Assembly (NCBI GenBank): GCA_003149935.1
Contig: QAMH01000010.1
Span: forward strand, 14,827-78,826
Source of the DNA: Coriobacteriia bacterium
GTDB taxonomy: Bacteria > Actinomycetota > Coriobacteriia > Coriobacteriales > QAMH01
Direction of reading: 5' to 3'
Length of the DNA: 64,000 bases
The notes under the pieces are model-generated. The model worked only from the letters and a program-made list of their open reading frames with translations, was not told the DNA's origin and did not search any database. Shown here piece after piece: positions 14,579 to 23,323 of this stretch; the stretch's first letter is position 1; each line of letters begins with the position of its first letter. Both the position numbers and the translations under genes were made by a program.

Positions 14579-15835
14579 TTACCGCATCTTGCAAAGTGCC
14601 GTACATAGCGTACCGACAAGGCCGATGATCATGACGACACTGCCAGCAAGAAGCGTGTTCTCGAACGAGGGGCCCAGCAAGCCCTGGACGAGGAACGTAC
14701 CCAGGAACTGTCCAATCCCCTGGACGCAGATAAGAACGCCCATGCCGATAGTCGCAAGCTCCGGTCTACTGATCACCTTCATGAAGGCGGTTATCATGAG
14801 GCCGGTGGTGCCCATTCCGATCACACCCATAACCACTGCTCCCACCCACATCACGGCACTTTCGAAGTTGTAGAGAACGAAGGTGCACGGCCCCAGGAAG
14901 AACAGGCAGAAGACGAGCAGCCATTTGGTCTTGCCGGTCTTGTCGGATAGCATTCCGAAGAAAGGAGAAGAGGCAACCGAGATTATCATCGGCAGCGTGC
15001 TTACGAAACCCGACAGGCTTACATCCATGCCGCGCATCTGCAAAATCGAGGGAACCAGGCTCAGGACCGCAAGCAAGCATATGTTAAACGCGATGAACCC
15101 GCAGAAAAAGAGTAGGACGTCCTTCGTCAGAAGCTCGCGATACGAGGGCTTCGCTCCTATATGCGAGGCGGCTGCCTTGCCAGGTGTGACGTCCGATTGC
15201 GCCACCCCCGAAGCCCCTTCGGAGGCATTGACTGCGTCCTCGGGCGCCACAGGCGAGCCCTTCTTGAAAGGATCTCTTACGCAAATACACATGATGACAG
15301 TCGCAATCACGACCAGCGCACCGTAAAAGAGCCAAAGCGAGGTGAGCCCCGCAAACGCGAAGACCAATGGCGTCAGAAACGCGGCGATGGCGGAACCCAA
15401 AGACCCCCACATACCCCAGATGCCCATGGAAGTGCCGATACGCCCTGGTGCGACGCTTTCTTGTATGACCAGCGGGCCGCACGTGGTCACCGCCGTAAGT
15501 GCTATGCCCTCTATGCCACGTGACACGAGCAAGACGATGCCATTGGGCGCGAATGCCCCCATGACAGAGCCGAGAACGATGAGGCACGTCGCGAACACGA
15601 TGATTCTCTTCGGGCTCATGCGAACCGACAACTCACCTATGGCGATTGCCGTCACGGCCATCATGAGCGTGAAGATGGACATGAGCCACGAACCGCCACT
15701 TGCCGACATGGCATACTGCTCCATGATGGCGATCATGATCGTGGGAACCTTGTATTGGACCATTGCCATGGTCACCCCAACGGCCAATACCGAAAGGCTC
15801 ACGACAAGATAGTTCTGGTACTTCGGCTGAATCAC
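14579..15835 (-). CDS. MFS transporter
   Basis: 418 aa, two six-helix halves separated by a hydrophilic loop (KKGSPVAPEDAVNASEG...). Confidence 0.8.
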   Translation of the reverse strand: MIQPKYQNYLVVSLSVLAVGVTMAMVQYKVPTIMIAIMEQYAMSASGGSWLMSIFTLMMAVTAIAIGELSVRMSPKRIIVFATCLIVLGSVMGAFAPNGIVLLVSRGIEGIALTAVTTCGPLVIQESVAPGRIGTSMGIWGMWGSLGSAIAAFLTPLVFAFAGLTSLWLFYGALVVIATVIMCICVRDPFKKGSPVAPEDAVNASEGASGVAQSDVTPGKAAASHIGAKPSYRELLTKDVLLFFCGFIAFNICLLAVLSLVPSILQMRGMDVSLSGFVSTLPMIISVASSPFFGMLSDKTGKTKWLLVFCLFFLGPCTFVLYNFESAVMWVGAVVMGVIGMGTTGLMITAFMKVISRPELATIGMGVLICVQGIGQFLGTFLVQGLLGPSFENTLLAGSVVMIIGLVGTLCTALCKMR

Positions 15836-16054
15836 GAGGCGTCCCCACTTCCTCCACGTTTACATGGTTTTCCGGCGTCACCGGACATGAGAAAGTCTAG
15901 GGAGGGCGTCAATCACGAGCATGACCCCCTGGGCACGGTTTTGGGGATGAGAGGTGAGGGTTATGTCACGACGCTTGAATGACATACGAGCGTCACCAGG
16001 ATGCATCGTGAACGGGTTTCGAGCGGCATTCGAGCGGCAATTATCTCGTCGCCT

Positions 16055-16086
16055 GATAAAAAGGCCAGCGAGAAAACCCGCTGACC
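16055..16086 (-). terminator. Rho-independent terminator after tRNA-Pro
   Basis: Arms 16063-16070 / 16079-16086 (8 bp, one mismatch), followed on the minus strand by TTTTTATC. Confidence 0.5.
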
Positions 16087-16097
16087 TTGCCTTTTAC

Positions 16098-16174
<77 letters not shown>

Positions 16175-16306
16175 ATATGCTGCGTGCCCCGCACGCGAGT
16201 TGCTATGTTACCACAACGACGGACACATAAAACACCTTACTTTTCAAACAGAAGACAACTTGCCTGACACCAAGGACACCTTGCCCTCATTTCCCTATCC
16301 CGAAGC

Positions 16307-17590
16307 CTACGAATCGCTTATCGCAAGACCACAGCTGCGACTTCTCTTGAGATCGGCAATGATCTCATCGGCGCGCACGACAAAACGCGAGGCGACCTGC
16401 ACCGCCTGCGGACCGCATATCTCGATGACGAGCTGCGCATTGTTCCAGCAGTCGCAGAGTTCGCCGAGCATGTCCTGCACCGCCTTGGCCCGTGTATTGG
16501 TATCCTCAGCCGTATCGGGCAAAAGCTCTGCAAACTCACGTGTCACGTAGCGCAGCGCCTTGGCCAGCTTGCGCACGTCATGAACAGCCTCTTGGTCGTC
16601 ATAGCCAACGTGCGCCATCTGCAACTCGTAATCGGTACGCATCTGCGAAACGCGCCTGACGAGCTCCTGCGCATCGAGGCCGGACTGCCTGACGCAACGA
16701 CGCCAGGGCATGTCCTTGATGCGCCCGACCACGCGCGTAATTGCCTTTTGCGTAGACTCGGCAGCAAAGCGCTCGATGAATCCCGTACGAAGCTGCGTGC
16801 AAGCATCGGCCACGATACGTGCCTCGACCGTCTGCGAATCGAGCGCCTCGCAGAGCATGTCTAACTCGCGCAGACGCGAGGTCGGATCTTGTAGCTTCTT
16901 GATATCGCGCATGGTCTTCTTGAGCGCAGAACCCTTGCAATACGGCGCGAGGAAGCCCAGCAGCGAGCGCGCAATTCTCAACGAGATGCGATACTGATGC
17001 AGCGATTCGGGATCATCGGGATTCTCGAGTAGCATGACGCTACAGCGCGCGATGCGTGCGGCGGCATCGGAAAGGGCGTCCTCCACATCGACGATGCTCT
17101 GCCATAGCACGACACGCGGCCCCTGCACGAACCATTCGAGCCACGAGCCAACGCTTGCCGGATCATCCGTCGCCGCAAAACCGAACGACGCCATGGCACC
17201 AGTTCCCATGCCCTGCGGAGCCCCACTCAAGCGTGCGTAGAGCTCGTCCATGAAGGGATTATGTCCGACGGCGATAACGGTGCCCTGCTCTTCGACGAGC
17301 TCGGTCATGAAAGCATCGACGCTGTTGGCGTAAAGCGAATCCCGCACCTCGATGCCATCGACGCCGAGCGCATGCGCAACGACCTCGGCGGTTTGCATGG
17401 CACGCAGCGCCGGGCTGCTCCAGACCTTGACCTCGGCGACATCCTCGTCAGCCAGAAGCTGGAGCGAGATGGGAAACCGCGCCTCGATGCTATATCGACC
17501 GGCACGCGTGAGCTGACGGTCCTTGTCGATGAGCTCGGGGTTGCGCGCCTGGGTCTTAGCGTGCCTGACAAGAACCAATCTGGAAACCAT
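16307..17590 (-). CDS. SixA-type histidine phosphatase fused to CHAD domain
   Basis: The real start is taken at MVSRLVLVRHAKT (RHA/G phosphatase motif) after GGAGGG. The track's 92-aa R/H-rich N-extension overlaps the upstream gene. The C-terminal helical region with HDVRKLAKALRYVTREF fits CHAD. Confidence 0.7.
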   Translation of the reverse strand: MVSRLVLVRHAKTQARNPELIDKDRQLTRAGRYSIEARFPISLQLLADEDVAEVKVWSSPALRAMQTAEVVAHALGVDGIEVRDSLYANSVDAFMTELVEEQGTVIAVGHNPFMDELYARLSGAPQGMGTGAMASFGFAATDDPASVGSWLEWFVQGPRVVLWQSIVDVEDALSDAAARIARCSVMLLENPDDPESLHQYRISLRIARSLLGFLAPYCKGSALKKTMRDIKKLQDPTSRLRELDMLCEALDSQTVEARIVADACTQLRTGFIERFAAESTQKAITRVVGRIKDMPWRRCVRQSGLDAQELVRRVSQMRTDYELQMAHVGYDDQEAVHDVRKLAKALRYVTREFAELLPDTAEDTNTRAKAVQDMLGELCDCWNNAQLVIEICGPQAVQVASRFVVRADEIIADLKRSRSCGLAISDS

Positions 17591-17607
17591 GGGAACCCTC
17601 CTCGCGG

Positions 17608-18009
17608 CTATAGAGCCTCTGGATCTTCGCGTTTCAAGATGAAGTGATAGATGATGAGCACGATGCCCTCGATGGCCGCGGCGATAAGCGCGATGATGAT
17701 GACGATGTGCGCGTACAGGTAGATGCGCGCAAGGGCAGAGCCCGTGATGACAAGGATTGCCCCAATGACGACGGCAAGCGGAATATAGGTCTTGCCCTTG
17801 CCGGGGTCGCAGGAGACGGCATAGCCTGCCAGCGCGAAAACGACGGCCGAAAGTCCGGAGAACCACGTAATCGACGCAATGACCGTACCGATCTCCTGCA
17901 CCTGCATGAGAAGGCTAAATCCACACGCCGACCCACCGACGCCCGCGACGATCACCGAGATGATACGCGTCAGAATCTGTCGAGCCGAAAGTCGATACTC
18001 ATTACTCAT
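17608..18009 (-). CDS. Hypothetical integral membrane protein (4 predicted TM helices)
   Basis: 133 aa, four hydrophobic stretches. No recognisable motif. Confidence 0.55.
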   Translation of the reverse strand: MSNEYRLSARQILTRIISVIVAGVGGSACGFSLLMQVQEIGTVIASITWFSGLSAVVFALAGYAVSCDPGKGKTYIPLAVVIGAILVITGSALARIYLYAHIVIIIALIAAAIEGIVLIIYHFILKREDPEAL

Positions 18010-18027
18010 GCGGCATATGGTACCAGC

Positions 18028-19257
18028 TTACAGCGTGAACTGCATGCCGTCTTCGGCCACAATAACACGACCATCGAACTGCGCGGCATATGCGTAGATC
18101 TCGTCGATCTCGTTCACACCCGGATCGCACATGTGCGGCGCAAGATGCGTGAGATATATGTGTCCGGCATCGAGAATGTCGATGCCCTCGTGCACCGTCT
18201 GACGTACGTCATGATGCGAGCGTGCGGTCCCGTGATTCTCCCAGAACGTCGAATCCATGACGAGGTTGTCGACACCCTTGAGCATCTCGATGACCTCGGG
18301 CTTGAGATCGCTCGTATCGGGCGCGTAGAACGTACGACGTCCCTCGGGCGTGGTGATGAGGTAACCGAAGGTACCCGGCGCGTGCTTGAGCGGCAGCGCC
18401 TGAATCGCGAGGCCGTCCACCTCGCGTACGTCGTACGGGTTCATCACGTCGAGCGCAAAGCAATCGTCCATGTAGGAGTATTCCTTGAGCGCTTCGGCTA
18501 TGGCGTGCTCGCTTCCGTGAAACGGCATCGTGCCCATGAGGTACAGGCGGATGAAGTACTCGAACTCGCCCAGACCGCCCATGTGGTCGTAGTGGGCGTG
18601 GGTGAGGAAGAAGTCGTCGATGACATCGATGCCCTCGCGATTGAGCTGATGGCGGATGTCAGGTGACGCGTCGATAATGGTCGTCCCATGACCGCGCAGG
18701 GCAACGCCCGTGCAACCGCGACGCTTCGTCGGGTCCTTGCGTGCCGCCTCGCACGCAGGGCAATGGCAAAAGAAAGCCGGCACACCGCAGCCCGAGCTCG
18801 TCCCAAGGAAAGTGAAGGTCCGCTCGATGGGAAGGGAGCGGAAGGGCAGCGGGCCGCATGCGGCCTTGTCGGGACAGGCTTCGCACTCGGCACGATACTC
18901 GGGCGCGATGGCATCCCAGCCACAGCGCTCAAAGCCGCAGGACAGGTAGAAGGGCTCGATCTCACCGCGTGCCACGAGACGCAGGTCCGGATGAAGTCGC
19001 AACGCATCCTTGAGCAACGCACGACCCACGCCCTTGCCCTGGACGACGTCGAAGACGACGATGGGGCGCACGTTCCACGAACCGTCGCTGCCCTGCTCCA
19101 GGCGGCAGGCACCGTACATCGTGTTGTCTGGTGTCACGGCGACGCGTATTCCCTCGGGACTCGTGAGGTCGCTGAAGCCCTCGACCGAAAACAGGTACCG
19201 GATGAGATCCATGTCCGCCTCGACGCAATCGCGGATGTGGTATTCGGGTGCGATCAT
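18028..19257 (-). CDS. GNAT acetyltransferase fused to PhnP/PqqB-like MBL-fold hydrolase
   Basis: Start taken at MIAPEY (ATG 19257), which overlaps the upstream stop as ATGA. GNAT motif VVQGKGVGRALL. The MBL part has FLGTSSGCGVPAFFCHCPAC and THAHYDHMGG. Confidence 0.7.
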   Translation of the reverse strand: MIAPEYHIRDCVEADMDLIRYLFSVEGFSDLTSPEGIRVAVTPDNTMYGACRLEQGSDGSWNVRPIVVFDVVQGKGVGRALLKDALRLHPDLRLVARGEIEPFYLSCGFERCGWDAIAPEYRAECEACPDKAACGPLPFRSLPIERTFTFLGTSSGCGVPAFFCHCPACEAARKDPTKRRGCTGVALRGHGTTIIDASPDIRHQLNREGIDVIDDFFLTHAHYDHMGGLGEFEYFIRLYLMGTMPFHGSEHAIAEALKEYSYMDDCFALDVMNPYDVREVDGLAIQALPLKHAPGTFGYLITTPEGRRTFYAPDTSDLKPEVIEMLKGVDNLVMDSTFWENHGTARSHHDVRQTVHEGIDILDAGHIYLTHLAPHMCDPGVNEIDEIYAYAAQFDGRVIVAEDGMQFTL

Positions 19258-19805
19258 GCGTTGAATCCTTTCTCGAAGCGCCCGAAACGCCCGCGCTGCC
19301 CCATGAGCAGCGCCGGACACGGCTCGAGCTTGCCGTTGCCGTCGAGTTCGCCGCGCGTCTCGGCAACGAGCGTCCTACCGACGAAGAGCTCGTGATCCCC
19401 ATGCACGCGCGATTCCACCAGCTGGCACTCGATCCACGAGATGGCCTGCTCGATACGGGCGGCGTCAACATGAGCAGCCGGACACGCCGTGAGTCCCGCT
19501 TCGGCGAAGCGATCCTCGACGCCGTGCTTCCTACCGCACGCCATCGCGATGCGCGCGGCATCCTCGTCAGCACCGAGCACGTTCACGACGAAGCATCCCG
19601 ACTCGCGCATGGCGCACGCGGTCTGCCCGCCGGGGCGAATGGCGACGGCGATGAGGCTCGGCTCGTGCGAAATGGGCATGACCCATGCGATGGTCGCGAC
19701 CTTGTCCATGCCCGTGACATCACGAGCCGTGACGAGTGTCACGGTCGTGGGAACGAGCAGCGTGGCGATCTCGTTGCCGGTCAACTTGCTGAACGACTCC
19801 GTCAT
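19254..19805 (-). CDS. Flavin reductase-like (FMN-binding split-barrel) protein
   Basis: 183 aa. VTLVTA....DKVATIAWVMPISHEPSLIAVAIRP is typical of the flavin reductase family. Confidence 0.8.
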   Translation of the reverse strand: MTESFSKLTGNEIATLLVPTTVTLVTARDVTGMDKVATIAWVMPISHEPSLIAVAIRPGGQTACAMRESGCFVVNVLGADEDAARIAMACGRKHGVEDRFAEAGLTACPAAHVDAARIEQAISWIECQLVESRVHGDHELFVGRTLVAETRGELDGNGKLEPCPALLMGQRGRFGRFEKGFNA

Positions 19806-19817
19806 TACAATCTCCTC

Positions 19818-19890
19818 GATGAGACAGTTGCTCAGGGACGTTGTCTCATTTCTTCATAATGAGACAACGTCCCTGAGCAACTGTCTCATT
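19818..19890. repeat. Double (head-to-head) unit of TGAGACA palindromic repeat family; 32-bp perfect stem, 7-nt loop
   Basis: 19819-19850 is the exact reverse complement of 19858-19889 (checked base by base). Each half is itself a 9-bp-stem hairpin, AATGAGACA-N15-TGTCTCATT. Confidence 0.95.
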
Positions 19891-19906
19891 TTCCCGGTCA
19901 TCGCAC

Positions 19907-20887
19907 CTACATGATGGGCGGCACGTAGATCTTCATGCGCGACTGCGGAATGGCGCGCTTGGCAAGCTCCTGGCAACCCTCGACGATGGTGTCGAGGCGA
20001 TTTGCCGGCACACCCATGTACATCATGTCCTCGCCAATGTCGCTTGACGCGCGGCCGCCATAGCAGCCAAACGAGATGTTCGGCTCGTCGTTCATGAGCG
20101 GCAGCAGCGTCGCCTCCACGCATTGCGCGTTGAAACCCGACGCGTGGAAATCGTGGCGGTGTCCATCGAAGTACGACATGCTCATCGACAGCCACATCAT
20201 CTGCTCGGGCGTACCCGTGAAGACGATGACCTCGGGATGGCGCGTGCATGCGCCGAGTGGCTGCACGAGGGTGGCGCGCTTGGAGTTGGGCGGTAACGTG
20301 GGGCGCTCGGCCACCATCTTGGCCGCGGCCTCGGCATCCACGACCTTGTGGAAGAGCACGTAGATCTCGCCGGTGGCGAGCTTGTCGGGCACGCCGGTCA
20401 TGCCGAAGATCGAGGTGCCGTCGGGACAGGCGTGGCAATGGGGCGGCATGAGTATCGATGCGCCGCGGCGCGCCGCGTTCATGCTCTGGCAGTAGCGCAG
20501 CTTCTCGGTGGGCATGGGAACATCGGGCAGTGGCTCGTCGATGTCGATGAGCCCGACGGCCACCGGATGCCAGCGCAGGTCGAGCGCTTCCATGATGGCC
20601 TTCTCCGCCTCGGCGTAATGCTGCTGCTCCTCGGCGGAAATGGGCTCGGCGCGCTCCTCGCCGGCATACGGATCGAAGGCTGCGGCGCCGGGCAGCGACT
20701 TGATCACGATGGCGCGTTGCGGGCATTGCCCCGAGCAGGTCGTGCAGCCGACGCACGCCTCCATATCGACAGCCCTCGGCATGCCGTTATCGTCCACCTC
20801 GAGGCAGTACTGCGGGCAAAACGCCACGCATAGGCCGCAGGCAACGCAGCGATCCGCATCGTGTATGAACTCGTAGTCAGCGCTCAT
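19907..20887 (-). CDS. 4Fe-4S dicluster ferredoxin domain fused to DUF169 domain
   Basis: 326 aa. CVACGLCVAFCP and CVGCTTCSGQCP. The remainder (HPVAVGLI, YCQSMNAARRG, PEVIVFTGTPEQMMWL, SFGCYGGR) fits DUF169 as I recall it. Confidence 0.7.
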   Translation of the reverse strand: MSADYEFIHDADRCVACGLCVAFCPQYCLEVDDNGMPRAVDMEACVGCTTCSGQCPQRAIVIKSLPGAAAFDPYAGEERAEPISAEEQQHYAEAEKAIMEALDLRWHPVAVGLIDIDEPLPDVPMPTEKLRYCQSMNAARRGASILMPPHCHACPDGTSIFGMTGVPDKLATGEIYVLFHKVVDAEAAAKMVAERPTLPPNSKRATLVQPLGACTRHPEVIVFTGTPEQMMWLSMSMSYFDGHRHDFHASGFNAQCVEATLLPLMNDEPNISFGCYGGRASSDIGEDMMYMGVPANRLDTIVEGCQELAKRAIPQSRMKIYVPPIM

Positions 20888-20905
20888 GGACTGCTCCTTG
20901 TCGCA

Positions 20906-22213
20906 TTAGGCAGTGGGGCCGGTTCCCCACATCTCGTAGATACGCTCACCGGCAGAATTCGTCATCTGGTAGCTGCAAAACGGAATCACGCGCCCGTCCT
21001 TCATCGCCACCGTCATCGAGCATTCCGCCATGCGTTCGGTCGTGGTCGTCATCGCGTCCATGTAGTTCATGATAATGACGCTGATGCCGCGATAGAGGTT
21101 GACGCCCTTCTTGTAGAGGATGTCGGGCAATACCGAGCCCTGCGGGGACGTCGGGTCGTAGTACTGCATGTACTCCTCGCTCGACAGGCCGCGCGTGGCC
21201 GGGATATAGCTGCCGTTTTCGTCCGGCATGAGGAAGGTGCCCGTATCGCACAGCGGGTGCGAGCACCCGAGCGGCATGATGTCTGCGACCTTGATGCGTC
21301 CGCCTGTCTGCTCCTCGAGCGCGTAGATGGTGTCACCGGCCGTGTACGGTGCGTACTCGCTCGGCTCGAAACGTCCCGAAGTGAACGCGGGTTGCAGCGC
21401 CACGCCGATCACCACGTCGGAGTTCTCCCACGCAAAGTCGATGACCTCGCCAACGCGGTCGTCGTTGACGCCCTTGACGATCGTCATGCACAGAACGACC
21501 TGAATGCCCACCTCGCGGCAGTTCTCGATGCAGGCCATCTTATCGGCGAGCATCGCGGCCTTGCCGCATATGGCCTCGTAGGGCTCCTCGTCAATGCCGT
21601 CGAAGGAGAGGTAGATACCCGTGATGCCCGCGTCGACGAGCTTCTGCAGATAATCCTTGGAGCGGCCGATGACGATGCCGTTCGTGTTGATTTCGATGCC
21701 GGTGAAGCCGTGACGGCGTGCGCACATGACGATCTCGGGCAGGTCACTGCGCACCGTCGGCTCTCCGCCGGTGATTTGCAGGCCCGTCTCGGGGCCGACC
21801 TTCTCGGCAAGCGTCGTGATGAGCCCCTCGATCTCGTCGTAGGTGATACCGTCACTCGGGAAATCCGCGCTCATGAAGCACACGGGGCACTTCGCGTTGC
21901 AGCGGCGCGTGACTTCGATTTCCACCAGCGTGCCACGGCGCAGATGGCGCTTGCACAGGCCACAGCTCATGCAGCAGTCGCCCTCGATGGGATACTCGCG
22001 CCACTTTGGCGCCGTCGGCGTGACGCGCATCGAGCGCAGCCACTCGTAATGCTCCGCATTGGGCCACACGTACGTGATGGTCTCGCCATGCTCGGGACAG
22101 GTGCGCGTCATCCAGACCTTGCCGTCGCTGTCCGCGTAGATTTCGGCCTTCAGCTGCTCGAGGCAGTGCGGGCACAGCGCATGCGCCGTATGGAGAGTTC
22201 GATTCTCAGTCAT
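20906..22213 (-). CDS. Radical SAM protein with N-terminal zinc-ribbon
   Basis: 435 aa. CPHC...CPEHG ribbon, then EVTRRCNAKCPVCF (CX3CX2C) and GGEPT. Confidence 0.85.
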   Translation of the reverse strand: MTENRTLHTAHALCPHCLEQLKAEIYADSDGKVWMTRTCPEHGETITYVWPNAEHYEWLRSMRVTPTAPKWREYPIEGDCCMSCGLCKRHLRRGTLVEIEVTRRCNAKCPVCFMSADFPSDGITYDEIEGLITTLAEKVGPETGLQITGGEPTVRSDLPEIVMCARRHGFTGIEINTNGIVIGRSKDYLQKLVDAGITGIYLSFDGIDEEPYEAICGKAAMLADKMACIENCREVGIQVVLCMTIVKGVNDDRVGEVIDFAWENSDVVIGVALQPAFTSGRFEPSEYAPYTAGDTIYALEEQTGGRIKVADIMPLGCSHPLCDTGTFLMPDENGSYIPATRGLSSEEYMQYYDPTSPQGSVLPDILYKKGVNLYRGISVIIMNYMDAMTTTTERMAECSMTVAMKDGRVIPFCSYQMTNSAGERIYEMWGTGPTA

Positions 22214-22245
22214 GAAGGTCCTTTTCCATCCTTTTCACCTACGGA

Positions 22246-22399
22246 GGTAGCTCTTTCTCAAACAATAGCGAAGCAGAAAACGCTTTTCGTGAGGTGCCCT
22301 TGCGAGGACTGTCTGAGCAGGCGCTTTTTGCCTGCGAGTTCCGCAGCAGCCGAACGAAAAGCGTTTTCGGTTGCGGAGCGTGTTTGAGAAAGAGCTACC
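22246..22399. repeat. 154-nt nested inverted-repeat element between DUF2064 stop and radical SAM start
   Basis: Outer arms 22246-22264 / 22381-22399 (19 bp perfect). Inner arms 22276-22290 / 22354-22368 (15 bp). Central hairpin 22317-22335 (GCAGGC-GCTTTTT-GCCTGC). Confidence 0.9.
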
Positions 22400-23318
22400 G
22401 GAGTATCCCTTCGGTCTCCTCCGGCTCGTGTGCGGGCGCGTCGGCGCCATCCTCCACATCATCCAGATACTGGCGCGGATCATGGTTCTCGTTAGGTGCG
22501 GCATGCGGTTTGAGACCGAGGAAGTCAGCCCACTGCAAGACGCGCTTGGGCACGTAGATGCCGGTCTGGTACTCCGATGCCGTACGCAGGGCACGCGCGC
22601 AAGACAGACAGTGCGCGAGGTCCTCGACCTCGTCGACGTCGGCAACAGGCGCAAGATAGGCGTTGGGAATGCCTTCCTCGACGAGCTTCTCGACGTAGCC
22701 ATCAAGCGCGGGGCGTCCGGTCATGTTGTAGTAGATGCCCTGGTGGTTGATGGGCGTGTCGAAGTTGAATCCCACGAGCGAGGTGCCGCATTCCTGGCAC
22801 GGCGCCTGCACGAAGCCCGGCGTCCCGAGCACCTCGGCAAAGTAGATGAGCCACTGGAAAGCCTGGGTCACGTGCGCACGCGGCAACGTGGGAATGTCAG
22901 CGCCAATGGAGACGATGGCCTCATAGCCCTGGTCGAAGATCTCCTTGAACGCCATGTCGAAGTGATCGTCGAAAGTCGCGCCACGGTCGTACATGTAGTG
23001 AATCTCACGCGGCCACTGCCCGATTTCCTCGATCGTCTCCTTCATGAGGGCGACGTTCTTCTCGGGCGTCGTCGAGATGAAGAGATCGTAGCTACGCTCG
23101 GGAGCACTCGGATCAGCCTCGCGCTCTTCGCGATTCAGCGCCTCGAGGTCATCCATGCACCACATGGCAAGTTCGGTCACATCCCACAGGCTGCGCTTGA
23201 AGAACTGGGCGGCCTGCTCCTGGGTAAAGCCGCCACCACGCTCTACGGTGAGACGCGTTTTGACCAGACCGGGAATCGGCGGCTTGGAGAAGATGAGAAT
23301 CGCGTACTTCTTCTGCAT
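22395..23318 (-). CDS. DUF2064 (TIGR04282-like, nucleotidyl/glycosyl-transferase fold) protein
   Basis: 307 aa. The N-terminus AILIFSKPPIPGLVKTRL is the hallmark of DUF2064 proteins (memory). Confidence 0.7.
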   Translation of the reverse strand: MQKKYAILIFSKPPIPGLVKTRLTVERGGGFTQEQAAQFFKRSLWDVTELAMWCMDDLEALNREEREADPSAPERSYDLFISTTPEKNVALMKETIEEIGQWPREIHYMYDRGATFDDHFDMAFKEIFDQGYEAIVSIGADIPTLPRAHVTQAFQWLIYFAEVLGTPGFVQAPCQECGTSLVGFNFDTPINHQGIYYNMTGRPALDGYVEKLVEEGIPNAYLAPVADVDEVEDLAHCLSCARALRTASEYQTGIYVPKRVLQWADFLGLKPHAAPNENHDPRQYLDDVEDGADAPAHEPEETEGILR

Positions 23319-23323
23319 GGGTG

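Noticed and set aside
16307-17866. Full 519-aa version of the SixA-CHAD ORF, and similar long N-terminal extensions at 18028-19320, 25899-27128, 28340-29035, 42922-43323, 48697-49551, 50104-50772, 59126-60052 and 61746-62108
   Set aside because: The extensions are R/H/P-rich and overlap upstream genes. They are followed by an internal Met with a good Shine-Dalgarno sequence, where the conserved domain begins. The shorter starts are used.
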